Assembly (NCBI RefSeq): GCF_009914755.1 | Contig: NC_060926.1 | Origin: the human T2T-CHM13v2.0 reference genome, Homo sapiens | Length of the DNA: 64,000 nt | Strand: one strand, 5' to 3' | Shown: positions 41,094 to 56,959 of the stretch, piece by piece | Layout of the letters: each line of letters opens with the position of its first letter | Position numbering within the stretch: position 1 is the stretch's first letter | Notes under the pieces: model-generated | The model's input: the letters and a program-made list of their open reading frames with translations, nothing else | Told to the model about the DNA's origin: nothing | Databases searched by the model: none | Position numbers and translations under genes: made by a program

Positions 41094-43295
41094 TTCAGGC
41101 CAATATCCCTGAAGAACATCAATGTGAAAATCCTCAATAAAATGCTGGCAAACCGAATCCAGCAGCACATCAAAAAGCTTATCCACTATGATCAAGTTGG
41201 CTACATCCCTGGGATGCAAGTCTGGTTCAACATATGCAAATCAATAAACGTAATCCATCACATAAACAGAACCAATGACAAAAACCACATGATTATCTCA
41301 ATAGATGCAGAAAAGGCCTTTGATAAAATTCAACATCCTTTCATGCTAAAAACTCTCAATAAACTAGGTATTGATGGAACTTATCTCAAAATAATAAGAG
41401 CTATTTATGACAAACCTACAACCAATATCATACCGAATGGGCAAACAAGGATGTCTTCTCTTAACATTCCTATTCAACATAGTATTAAAAGTTCTGGCTA
41501 GGGTAATCAAGCAAGAGAATGAAATAAAGGTATTCAAATAGGAAGAGAGGAAGGCAAATTATCTGTTTGGAGATGACATGATTGTATATTTAGAAAACCC
41601 CATTGTCTCAGTCCCAAATCTCCTTAAGCTGATAAGCAACTTCAGCAAAGTCTCAGGATACAAAACTAACGTACAAAAATCATAAGCATTCTTATATACC
41701 AATAATAGACAAACAGAGAGCCAAATCATGAGTGAACTCCCATTCACAATTGCTACAAAGAGAATAAAACACCTACGAATACAACTTACAAGGGATGTGA
41801 AGGACCACTTCAAGGAAAACTACAAACCACTGCTCAAGGAAATAAGAGAGGACACAAACAAATGGAAAAACATTCCATGCTAATGGATAGGAAGAATCAA
41901 TATCGTGAAAGTGGCCATACTGCCCAAAGTAATTTATAGATTCAATGGTAACCCCAGCAAGCTACCACTGACTTTCTTCACAGAATTGAAAAAAATTACT
42001 TTAAATTTCATATGGAACCAAAAAAAGAGCCCATATAGCCAAGACAATCCTAAGCAAAAGGAACAAAGGTAGAGGCATCATGCCACCTGAACTTAAACTA
42101 TGCTACAAGGCTACAGTAACCAAAACAGCATGTTACTGGTAACAAAATAGATATATAGACCAATGTAACAAAACAGAGGCCTCAGAAATAACACCACACA
42201 TCTACAACCATCTGATCTTTTACAAACCTGACAAAAACAAGCAATGGGGAAAGGATTGCCTATTTAATAAATAGTGTTGGGAAAACTGGCTAGCTATATG
42301 CAGAAAGTTGAAACTGAACCCCTTCCTTACACTTTATACAAAAGTTAACTCAAGATACATTAAAGACTTAAACGATAAGACTTAAAACCATAAAAGCCCT
42401 AGAAGAAAACCTAGGCAATACCATTCAGGACATAGGCATGGGAAATGACTTCATGACTAAAACACCAAAAGCAATGGCAACAAAAGCCACAATTGACAAA
42501 TGGGATCTAATTAAACTAAAGAGCTTCTGCACAGCAAAAGAAACTATCATCAGAGTGAACAGGGAACCTACACAATAGGAGAATATTTTTGCAATCTATC
42601 CATCTGACAAAGGGTTAATATCCAGAATCTAAAAGGAACTTAAACAAATTTACAAGAAAAGAACAAACAACCCCATCAAAAAGTGGGCAAAGGATATGAA
42701 CAGACACTTCTCAAAAGAAGACATTTATGTGGCCAACAAGCATATGAAAAAAGCTCATAATTACTGGTCATTAGAGAAATGCAAATCAAACCTCAATGAG
42801 ATACCATCTCCTCACAGTTAGAATGGTGAACATTAAAAAGTCAGGAAACAACAGATGCTGGAGAGAATGTGGAGAAATACGAATGCCTTTACACTTTTGA
42901 TGGGAGTGTAAATTAGTTCAACCATTGTGGAAGACAGTGTGGCGATTCCTCAGGGATCTAGAACCAGAAATACCATTTGACCCAGCAATCCCATTACTGG
43001 GTATATACCCAAAGGATTATGAATCATGCTACTATAAAGACACATGCACATGTATGTTTATTCCAACACTATTCACAATAACAAAGACTTGGAACCAACC
43101 CAAATGCCCATCAATGATAGACTGGATAAAGAAAATGTGGCACGTATACACCATGGAATACTATGCAGCCATAAAAAGGATGGGTTCATGTCCTTTGCAG
43201 GGACATGGATGAAGCTGGAAACCATCATTCTCAGCAAACTAACACAGGAACAGAAAACCAGACATCGCATGTTCTCACTCATAAGTGGGAGGTGA
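39965..43295 (+). pseudogene. L1 ORF2p (EN/RT) remnant, fragmented
   Basis: ATG ACA GGA TCA AAT; EN fragment (KAGVAILISDKTDFKP, YAPN, DFNTPLS); RT fragments ([21 protein letters not shown]); many stops and deletions. Confidence 0.9.
41059..41090. repeat. (AC)16 microsatellite inside L1 ORF2
   Basis: Perfect AC run. Confidence 0.97.
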
Positions 43296-43540
43296 ACAAT
43301 GAGAACACATGGACACAGGGAGGGAAACATCACACACCGGGACCTGTCAGGGATGGACGGCTAGGGGAGGCATACCATTAGGAGCAATACCTAATGCAGG
43401 TGATGGGTTGATGGGCGCAGCAAACCACCATGGCAAGTGTATACCTATGTAAAAAACCCGCACGTTCTGCACATGTGTCCCAGTATTTAAAGTATAATAA
43501 AGAAAAAATTATTAAATAAAAAATAAAATATTCAAAGGCA

Positions 43541-46295
<2,755 letters not shown>

Positions 46296-46339
46296 TGAAC
46301 TGATATAAAGGAGCATATCAAGTGATCTTCTAAATAAAA

Positions 46340-46940
46340 GTAGGATACAGTAAAATTGAATGTGAAGTGCAAAAGGCCAGAAACAGAAAAGATTTTGGTA
46401 TGTTTAAGAAGCAAGAATCAAGCCAGTATGCCTAGAGCAAGGTGACTACAGGGAAGAATATTAGGAGATGGAGTTGCAGAAGTAGGCTAAGGATAAACTA
46501 TGAGGGCCTTATCACCCATACAAAAATTTTAAACTTTGATATAAATGTAATAGGAGTTGTGACATAATCTATTGATAAAAATGACATTAGATATGGGATT
46601 CACACTAAAAAAATCCCTTAAAAAGATTTTATATTCAAGTTTTTTAAGACATTTTTCTAACATTAAATTACTTAAGCAACAATCGTGAAAATAACATATA
46701 GATTCAGTACAAAGCAGTCACACCTTCAACCTTTCATTCATTAATTTATCATGTGTTCATAAAACAAAATTTATTGAGTCTCCATTAGATACTCAAGTCT
46801 GTGCTCAATACCCTGATTTAAAAGAAATGATCCTTTCAAGAAATGTACATAATATGGGAGAAAAAATATACTCAATGTGTAATTAAAATATAAAATGTGT
46901 TACAACGGAGAAATAGTGGATGATACAGGAAAACAAAACA
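46340..46940 (-). mobile_element. L2 fragments
   Basis: gtgcaaaaggcc...aagccagtatgcctagagcaagg...ggagatggagttgcagaagtagg; ttcattcatt...tttattgagtctcc. Confidence 0.65.
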
Positions 46941-48085
46941 TGATGATTCTCATGAACCAGTAATAATTCAACTGAAAATTAAAGAAATATTTTGTCTTCC
47001 CACAGAAGTGTTTGAAAAAAAATTTCCTTGAAGATGTTACTACTACAGGATGCTGAATTTCTCAAATGCTTTCTCCTACATCAATTAATATGATCTTATG
47101 GTTTTTGCCTTGCATTTTCCTAACGTTGTGTATGACACTGATTGATGTGTGTAGGTTGAAACATCCTTGAATCATATGGATAGACCCTACTTCGTTATGA
47201 TTATGATCTTTTAATATGCTGTTGAATTCAGTTTGCTAATATTTTCTGAAGAATTATTGCAGCTATGATTATCAGGGATATTGATCTGTGTTTTTCTTTT
47301 CTTATGGTGTCTTTGTATGGCTTTGGTATCAGGGTGATGCTGGCCTCATAAAAAGAGTTCAGAAGTGTTCCCGCTTATATTTTTTTGAAGAGTATATTTT
47401 GCATTGGTATTCGTTCTTTCAATCTTTGGGAGAATTCGCCTGTGAAGCCATCTGGTCTTGGACTTTTCTTTGTTAGAAGATTTTTGATTACTGATCCATT
47501 CTTCTTATTTATCATTAGTTTTTTCTGGCTTTCTACTTTTGGGGATACATCCACAGGAACTAGAATCAGGATTTCAAAGACACATCTGCACTCCCATGTG
47601 CATTGCATCATTATTTACAATAGTCAAGATATGGAAGCAATTAAATGTCCATTGATAGACAAATATGTAAAGAAAATATGGTATGCACATAAAATGGAAT
47701 ATTATTCATCTTTTAAAAAGAGGTAAATCCTGCTATATGTGACTGCATGAATAAGCCTGGAAGACATTATACTAAGAGAAATAAGCTAGATACAGAAGGA
47801 CACATACTACACGACACTATTAACACTTATTTGACAAATTTAAAACAGACGGACTCATAGAAGCAGACAGAGGAATAGTGGTTGTCAGGGCCTGGGGGAG
47901 AGGAGAAAATAAAGAAACATTAGTTAGGGGGTAAAAAGTTTTAGTTTCATGAGATGAATAAGTCCTAGAGATCACATACATGGTATAGTGCCTATAGTTA
48001 ACAATATTATACGGTATACATGTTTGCTAAGAGAGTGGATATTATATTGTATTCTTATTACAAACAAGAATAAGAAGCCAAAATA

Positions 48086-48267
48086 TTGAGACCCCATGGC
48101 TACAAAAAAATTAGCTAGGCATAATGGCACATACCTGTAGTTGTAGCTACTCAGGAGGCTGAAATTGGAGGATAGCTTTAGCCCAGTAATTGGAGGCTGG
48201 CATGAACTATGATCATGCCAATGCATTCCAGTCTGGGTGACCAAGCAAGTTCCTGACTTAAAAAAAT
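48086..48267 (+). mobile_element. AluJ, 5'-truncated
   Basis: gagaccccatggctacaaaaaaattagc...ggaggatagctttagcccag...aactatgatcatgcca. Confidence 0.88.
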
Positions 48268-48269
48268 AC

Positions 48270-48608
48270 GGGAAGAAAAGAGGGAAGATGGAAGAAGAAG
48301 AAAAAAGAAGGAAGGGATTAGGGAGACGGAAGAAAAAGGAGAAGAAGAAATGGAAGGAAAAAGAAAAAAGGAAAAGAGGGAGGGAAGGAAGAAAGACAGG
48401 AAGGACAGAAGGAAGAAAGGAAAGAAGGAAGGAAGGGGAGAAAGAGAGAAATGGTTGGAGAAAGAAGGAAGGAAAAAAGAAGGAAAGAAGGAAGGAAGGA
48501 AGGAGAGAAAGAGAGATGGAGGGAGAAAGAAGGAAGGAAAAGAGAAGAAAGAAGAAAGGAAGGAAGGGAGGGAGGGAGGAAGGAAGGGAGGAATAGAAGA
48601 GAGGGGGC
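48270..48608. repeat. Polypurine GA-rich low-complexity tract (GGAA/GAAA/GGGA)
   Basis: ~340 bp of nearly pure A/G on the + strand. Confidence 0.97.
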
Positions 48609-49169
48609 GGTAAAAATCTTGGAGGTGATGAATAGGTTTATGGCATACATTGCGTTGATGGTTCCACGGATGAATACTTATCCCCAAAAATATTGACATG
48701 AAAGAATATTAACTGGAAGCTTCATGGAAAACAAGTTTCAAATCTTTTAGGAGAAGTTGAAGATATAGGAGTAGGAGTTCAAGTCTCTGAAAGAATGGAA
48801 GTTAATTAAATTTAAGGAATAAGAAGTTTTAGCTAAAGGTGGAAGGAAGGGTTTATTTCTGTTATTTATTTTTGTTTTTTGTTTGTTTGTTCATTTTTAG
48901 AATGCAATGAATAGATAAGGGTACATTAAATCAACTTCTTTTTTCTCCAAAAGTATGAGGCCTTCAAGCTTCATATGGCTTAACTTCCAGTTTCTAGCAT
49001 AAATGTTTCTTGAATCTCACCCATTTTTATTTTCCTTCAAGGCTCAGTTGAATTACTTCTCCTCATCCACACAAGCAAAAACTTTGTTTGCATACTTCAC
49101 CCCATCATTTCTCAGTCTTACTTCTTTATCTTCCCCTTTATTTCCAACACTATCACTTCCATGGCCTCC

Positions 49170-49380
49170 TTAGTTTAGTACTTTAAAGTACTATTGACTG
49201 AGGAGACCCAACTGCTTGTGTTCAAACCCTCACTCTACCATGTATTAAAAGAGTAACCTGGGGAAAATTATTTTTCCTTCAATGCCTCAATTTTTTCATC
49301 TGAAAAATAGAGACAATAGAATCCATTCATTTAAAGTGTTTAGAAAAATATTTATTACATAATAAAATCAATAAATATTT
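49170..49380 (+). mobile_element. MIR
   Basis: gttcaaaccctcactctacca...aacctggggaaaatta...gcctcaatttttttcatctgaaaaatagagacaatag. Confidence 0.75.
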
Positions 49381-49664
49381 TTCACTAGAACTTATTTTTG
49401 TCTTCAAATTTCTTGAAGTTACCCTAAATTTGCTCAATATCTTTCATTCAAAAGTCGAATTCTAGCCACCAGTGAAATTAACTTTCTCTTTTTGTTCAAC
49501 CTTCCTACCTGTGTATTCTTCAGCAATGTTTGCACTGTCTCAACTCACATTCTGATGAAATTCTCTGCCATCTGACTTACCTTCAGCACCTTATTTAAGC
49601 TACGTTCACTAAAGATACCAGTTAATGCTTAATTTATGTTTTCATTTTTCATAGCTCTCTGTAG

Positions 49665-50003
<339 letters not shown>

Positions 50004-52225
50004 GGCCACTCTCTTTTTACTTAAATTGCTAACTCTGTTAGATTATAGCATAACACACTTTTAGTTCTCCCTACCTATCTCACACTATTTGTGCATCTTT
50101 GAAAGATACTCTTCCTTTGTCCATCACATGAATTGCTGTGATCCTTATAACCCATTTTATCTGATTATGCATCGTCTAAAATCACATATATCCCTGACAT
50201 TAACTGTTAACTCATTATTGCATATTTTCACTCCAGACCTCTCCCCTGAGCTTCAAACAAACATGAGAATAACAGTAGAAACTACCTTCTCACATTCCCA
50301 TTCAAAGAATCATTAACTTTTGCCAATTTCTGAATCTTCAATATTTAAAAAAGAAATTCATCCTTTCCTTTTCTATTAACATTGCTCTAAAACATGCGTT
50401 CATCATCTGGTCTAGACATTTTCATATTTTTAAATGTCTCCTTTTCTTAAACTGCACAACTGAATTTCATTCCCTCTCAGATAGCAAAGTATGAAATTGA
50501 ATCTGATTGAGTCACTTTCCTGTTTAAGATGTTGCTGTAGCTACAGCAAACAAATAAAAATAAAAAAGACAATCAAAGGTTTTAATTACATGTCCCCTAC
50601 CAGTCTCTCAGGCTGAATTTGCATTGTCCTTGCTGAATTACAAAGGTCTTGAATTCTCATGTTCATGTTGTATTTAGAGTTTGTGGTTTTACTCATGCTG
50701 TTGTTAATACCTAAAAATGTTCTTCCTACTCTTCCTTTTTTTTAATTAATTTTTTAATCGTATTTTGAAATGCAATGCAGGTATCACTCGCTTGAGGTTG
50801 CTCTCCAGAGCTAATCTTCTTTACAGGCCAATCGAGGAGCTCCTTTGCAAAGCACCCATTCTTTCTAAAAACAGTGCTATGAAGCACTTGCCGTATTGGT
50901 TTATAACTACATGTTGCATTAATATCCCAGGATCCCCACAGAAGCAATTATTATAACCTATTCAGTTTTGTACTTATAGAATTTACTATAGTGTGTGGTG
51001 TATGTTAGGGCTTGGCAAGTATTGACTAACAATACGATATAATGCTCTAATCTATCTGTTTAGAAATGATAAATTTTGTTAAATAAGAAACAAAGTTTCA
51101 CAAATTTATAATTTTTTTTAAATTTGTAAATCTCTGAGAAAAGCCCAACATTTTCATGACATATTATCTTTATAGGACGTTGCTAGATTGATTGCTAAAT
51201 TTTTTGGATTTTGTATTTGTATTCTTTGAGGGGTATTAGTATGTAATTTGTTGTTATTGTTTTTTTAATACCTTTGCTGGAATTTACCAGCACTGCCCTT
51301 AAAACCTGCGTCATGTCTGAACAAGTATGCAATTTTATTTCTTTCTGTGCATTAATATTTTTACATACACATCTAATTTTTATGTGTTATGTATGGTTCT
51401 ATGTATTTATGCAAATGCTTAGTTGTGAGTACAAGTCTTCTTAATATATATACTGGTTATTTAAGTATATTCAATTTATCTCTGTCCCACTTCCATTGTG
51501 GAAGTATGCATTACAGTGTGTGCATATATGTTCACATGTGAGTTTGCTTATGTTTGTGACTGTGTGCATGCATTATGCGTGCTTGTTGTATGTATTTACT
51601 GTTGTGTGTTTTAAACATAAGTTGAGGGGCACCACCTATTTCCTGGAGTGAAAATTAATTATCCGCTTCAGAAGAAAAAAATAATAACACGAGATGTAAA
51701 ACAGTCCTTTCTGAGTATAAACTACATGCTCCCCTTGCTGACTCATGTTTGCATCTTTTATTTTTCAGTGCTTTATAAACCTGATGCTGCCAGTACTGTT
51801 TGAAGAATTCTTGCTACAGGTCCCTTGCAGCAGTCTATAAAAAATTTATGCCCATGTCTTACAAACGCCAAATTTTGGCAAAGATTTTGCTAGGCAGGAG
51901 TTGGCAGCTGTGTCCTGATGCGCACCTGTTTCAGGATACTATCTAAATACAGGGAAAGAGTTTTCCAAGCAGGTCAATTTTAATTCTCCAGTAGATCCTA
52001 CCTTTCCAGCCCAGAAATATACATGTTATTATTTTATTCAATAAGGCAAGTAGTTTCTCATCTTTAAATTTCCATTTCTTAGTTTATACAATGATCTTTA
52101 CAATTTTAAAAGCATTTTCACACATCTCATTTGATTTTATGTGACCTTGGTAAAGTTGTTTTATTTTTCTGACTTTCAGTTTCTTTTCCATTTCCGCAGA
52201 AATATAATAATAATGACAGCCATGA

Positions 52226-52630
<405 letters not shown>

Positions 52631-54189
52631 ACTTATTCTTATTGTTGTCATTATTATTATTTCTCCCAGGAGGACTACAGAAAGGAAAAGACATCACAAT
52701 ATACTTAGTTTATAGGCTCAAAAACCAGTTTTATATTCTCTGCTGCTATACTTGGAAACAGAACAATAAGCTAGTTTTCCCTAGATAAGTAATGAGCAAT
52801 CATGAGATAACAGATTATTTTCCATTATATTCATAATAGTGTATTGAATTAACAATCACTGTTAGCAAGTGCATGCGTAGTTGGCATTCTAATACAATGT
52901 TGACACAGTTTATATACTATATTTTGCAAATTATTTGACTACATCTATCAAAATTTAGATTCTACATAATCTTTGGCCCATCCATTTCATTATTGGTATC
53001 TAAGGGAAAAATCATACGTAAAAACACACATACACATATATGCACACACACACAGGCATATACATATTTTGATAAGGATATATGTATGTAAACAGAGGGG
53101 CATGTATTTGTAAATATACTATTTGATAATATGTATGAGATATGCATATATATTAAAATTTTAATAGCTAATCATTGAAAACAAACTTAATTTCTATCTG
53201 TAAGTGAAGGTTAAATAAAGTGTGCTATATGCCTACTACAGGTTTCTGTGAGCCTAAAGAAGAATAAATTAAGTCTACTACTGAAATGGAAAAATAATTA
53301 TGACATTGTCCTAAGTTAAGAAAGCAAGTTACAGAAAAATATACTTGGTATAAACTCATTAATTAAAAATATGTTTATAAATATAAAGATATAGAGACAA
53401 AGGTGGTGTTTACCTCTACAAAATTTTGCATTGTTTTATTTTTTGACTAGGTATCACTTTTGTAATTAAACAAAAGCCTGTCTATGTAATGAGGAAAGCA
53501 TGAACTAAAAGCATTTACATTTTTACGAGATAAAAAGTAAGTATATTAAGACTCTTTAGAGACCATTCTAATGCACCACTAACTAAAAGCAATTGTGTGA
53601 TCCAGTGGTTGGAAATGAATATCTAATAACTGTATTCTAATTCTTGCTTATTCAATGATGCCCTGTGGAATTCTCTGGAGGCAACAGTTTCACTGTTGTC
53701 TTTCCTTTAGAGCCTATTATGATATAACAGCTATAATTTCCTTACTTCTCTGGATTTTGATTCTAAATTAAAACTATTTTCTTGATTGGAAGCAGTGCAG
53801 TGTAAAATGAAGGCAACTATGGGAAGAATTCTCTTGGGGAATGCAGGGGGTTCACCAATGAGCTTCGTTAACACTGAGTGTTCAGGCCGTAACGTCTTCA
53901 TTCAGAAGAAACTGCGTTAAATTTTATATTCCTGTAGCCTTAAAATTTTACAAAGAAAAATATTGTCTCTAATAGGCAAAACAATGAGCAAGGCTTTGTA
54001 CTTTGCCATGTATCCTTTTCTTTGTGTGTTTTGAGCTTTAACCAGAACTAGCTAGATGATTTCAGTGCTAGATCCCTGAATCCTGGTTCCTCAGGTGATC
54101 CAAGATATATCCTGGGGTGCTCTGTCCTTGCTCTCAGGAGTAGGCATCTCCACAGAATTTAGATGGATTTATAAAATATAAATTAAATG

Positions 54190-54400
54190 GTGATTTGGGG
54201 AAGCAGAAAAGTGTAAAAGTAGAAGTAGTAGTCAGAAATCGTAAATTTTCAATCTTGTCTTTCCAATTACTAACTGTGTTAACTCTATTAAGTCACATAC
54301 ACCCTGAAACATAACAATGTTTTCTGAAATAGTACTATAAAATGCTTAATACAGAGAATGCCACATAACAAGCACTCAATAAAGACAAGCTACTATTACC
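54190..54400 (+). mobile_element. MIR
   Basis: aattactaactgtgttaact...aagtcac...aatgcttaatacagagaatgccacataacaagcactcaataaa. Confidence 0.7.
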
Positions 54401-54897
54401 ATAATAAAATCAACACACTAGAAAAAATCAACAACAAACATTGTCTTCTCCATTCTCCCTTTTCCTACAGAATAAATTCTAAACATTTTAGTAGCATTTA
54501 TACTGATTTTCACCAAATGACCTAACAGTATTTTTTTTTTCATATACCACTGGCCATATAGACTTAATATTTCTCTTCTAGTCAATCATTCTTGGAATAT
54601 TCCCTGGTGCCCTCTGAGATGAAGGCCATTTTTAAAATACATCTGGCTGTTTGCTTTCCATTTGTAACAATCTCATTTAAATGTCATCCCCTTGTGGGTG
54701 GAGAAGGGGTTATTTAGTCTCACAATTCTATACAACAGTTATAACAAACAGCTTCTCCTCTGTGTTCCCATACCATCACATACCCTACTTGATCATCAAT
54801 GTACTTCTACATACTAGCTTTTCTCACTAGCCTAAGGCCTTGAGAACTATCTTCTATGACATTTAGCAAAGACTGATGATTAATAAAGAGTAGCTCT

Positions 54898-55941
54898 GGG
54901 TGGAGCCAACATGGCCGAATAGGAACAGCTCCGGTCTACAGCTCCCAGCGTGAGTGACACAGAAGACGGGTGATTTCTGCATTTCCATCTGAGGTACCAG
55001 GTTCATCTCACTAGGGAGTGCCAGACAGTAGGTGCAGGACAGTGGGTGCAGCACACCGGGCGCGACCCGAAGCAGGGCGAGGGATTGCCTCACTTGGGAA
55101 GTGCAAGGGGTCAGGGAGTTCCCTTTCCTAGTCAAAGAAAGAGATGACAGATGGCACCTGGAAAATTGGGTCACTCCCACCCTAATACTGTGCTTTTCCA
55201 AAGGGCTTAAAAAAAGGCACACCAGGAGATTATATCCCACACCTGGCTAGGAGGGTCCTACACCCACGGAGTCTTGCTGATTGCTAGCAGAGCCGTCTGA
55301 GATCAAACTGCAAGGTGGCAGTGAGGCTGGGGGAGGGGGGCCTGCCATTGACCAGACTTGATTAGGTAAACAAAGCAGCCAGGAAGCTGGAACTGGGTGG
55401 AGCCCACCACAGCTCAAGGAGGCCTGCCTGCCTCTGTAGGCTCCACCTCTGGGAGCAGGGCACAGACAAACAAAAAGACAGCAGTAACCTCTGCAGACAT
55501 AAATGTCCCTGTCTGACAGCTTTGAAGAGAGTAGTGGTTCTCCCAGCACACAGCTGGAGATATGAGAATGGGCAGACTGCCTCCTCAAGTGGGTTCCTGA
55601 CCCCCGAGCAGCTGAACTGGGAGGCACCCCCCAGTAGGGGCAGACTGACACCTCACATGGCCCAGTACTCGTCTGAGACAAAACTTCCAGAGGAACAATC
55701 AGGCAGCAGCATTTGCGGATCACCAATATCCGCTGTTCTACAGCCACCGCTGTTCTGCAGCCACTGCTGCTGATACCCAGGCAAACAGGGTCTGGAGTGG
55801 ACCTCCAGCAAACTCCAACAGACCTGCAGCTGAGGGTCCTGTCTGTTAGAAGGAAAAGTAACAAATAGAAAGGACAGCCACACCAAAAACCCATCTGTTC
55901 ATCACCATCATCAAAGACCAAAAGTAGATAAAACCACAAAG
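54898..55941 (+). promoter_or_regulatory. L1 5'UTR internal sense/antisense promoter (CpG-depleted)
   Basis: Complete L1PA 5'UTR upstream of the ORF1 ATG; YY1-type site reads caacatggcc. Activity cannot be judged from sequence. Confidence 0.6.
55247..55348 (-). pseudogene. L1 ORF0 remnant, truncated by a nonsense codon after 33 aa
   Basis: MAGPPPPASLPPCSLISDGSASNQQDSVGVGPS*; ORF0-like residues resume in frame (GYNLLV...IRVGVTQFSRC). Confidence 0.8.
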
Positions 55942-56959
55942 ATGGGGAAAAAACAGAGCAGAAAAACTGGAAACTCTAAAAAGCAGAGCATCTCTCCTCC
56001 TCCAAAGGAACGCAGCTCCTCACCAGCAACGGAACAAAGCTGGATGGAGAATGACTTTGACGAGTTGAGAGAAGAAGGCTTCAGATGATCAAACTACTCT
56101 GAGCTACAGGAGGAAATTCAAACCAATGGCAAAGAAGCTAAAAACTTTGAAAAAAAATTAGACGAATGGATACCTAGAATAACCAATGCAGAGAAGTCCT
56201 TAAAGGAGCTGATGGAGCTGAAAGCCAAGGCTCGAGAACTATGTGAAGAATGCAGAAGCCGCAGGAGCCGATGCGATCAACTGGAAGAAAGAGTATCAGT
56301 GATAGAAGACAAAATGAATGAAATGAAGTGAGAAGGGAAGTCTAGAGAAAAAAAGAATAAAAAGAAATGAACAAAGCCTCCAAGAAATATGGGACTATGT
56401 GAAAAGACCAAATCTACGTCTGATTAGGGTACCTGAAAGCGATGGGGAGAATGGAACCAAGTTGGAAAACACTCTGCAGGATATTATCCAGGAGAACTTA
56501 CCCAATCTAGCCAGGCAGGCCAACGTTCAGATTCAGGAAATACAGAGAATGCCACAAAGATACTCCTCAAGAAGAGCAACTCCAAGACACATAATTGTCA
56601 GATTCACCAAAGTTGAAATGAAGGAAAAAATGTTAAGGGCAGCCAGAGAGAAAGGTCGGGTTACCCACAAAGGGAAGCCCATCAGACTAACAGCGGATCT
56701 CTCGGCAGAAACTCTACAAGCCAGAAGAGAGTGGGGGCCAATATACAACATTCTTAAAGAAAAGAATTTTCAACCCAGAATTTCATATCCAGCCAAACTA
56801 AACTTCACAGGTGAAGGAGAAATAAAATACTTTACAGACAAGCAAATGCTGAGAGATTTTGTCACCACCAGGCCTGCCCTAAAAGAGCTCCTGAAGGAAG
56901 CATTAAACATGGAAAGGAACAACTGGTACCAGCTGCTGCAAAATCATGCCAAAGTGTAA
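55942..56959 (+). pseudogene. L1 ORF1p remnant
   Basis: ATG GGG AAA AAA CAG; CGA>TGA stops and an A-run frameshift; intact C-terminal 186-aa frame (RATPRHIIVRF, ARREWG, YPAKL). Confidence 0.93.

Larger units (their letters stand above)
37576..43523 (+). mobile_element. End-to-end L1PA7/8-like element with internal deletions, inactive
   Basis: 5'UTR ggcaagatggcc...aacagctccagtctgcagctcccagc; ORF1, ORF2, 3'UTR and A-tail; perfect 17-bp TSD taaaatattcaaaggca (37559-37575 / 43524-43540). Confidence 0.97.
47047..48700 (+). mobile_element. L1MA/MB element with inverted ORF2 piece (47047-47525 minus) and forward 3' end (47530-48700), interrupted by AluJ and a GA tract
   Basis: Minus: ggatgctgaatttctcaaatgc...cctgtgaagccatctggtcttggac. 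Plus: atctgcactcccatgtgcattgca...ggaggtgatgaataggttta. Confidence 0.75.

Noticed and set aside
48178-48699. K/E/R-rich and F/S/L/P-rich ORFs up to 173 aa
   Set aside because: Translations of the GA low-complexity tract.
50726-50956. Overlapping 63-73 aa ORFs in unique DNA
   Set aside because: Short, with no recognisable homology and no supported exon structure.
53678-53703. Small hairpin gaggcaacagt-ttc-actgttgtcttt
   Set aside because: Too short for a pre-miRNA, and intrinsic terminators do not apply in this genome.
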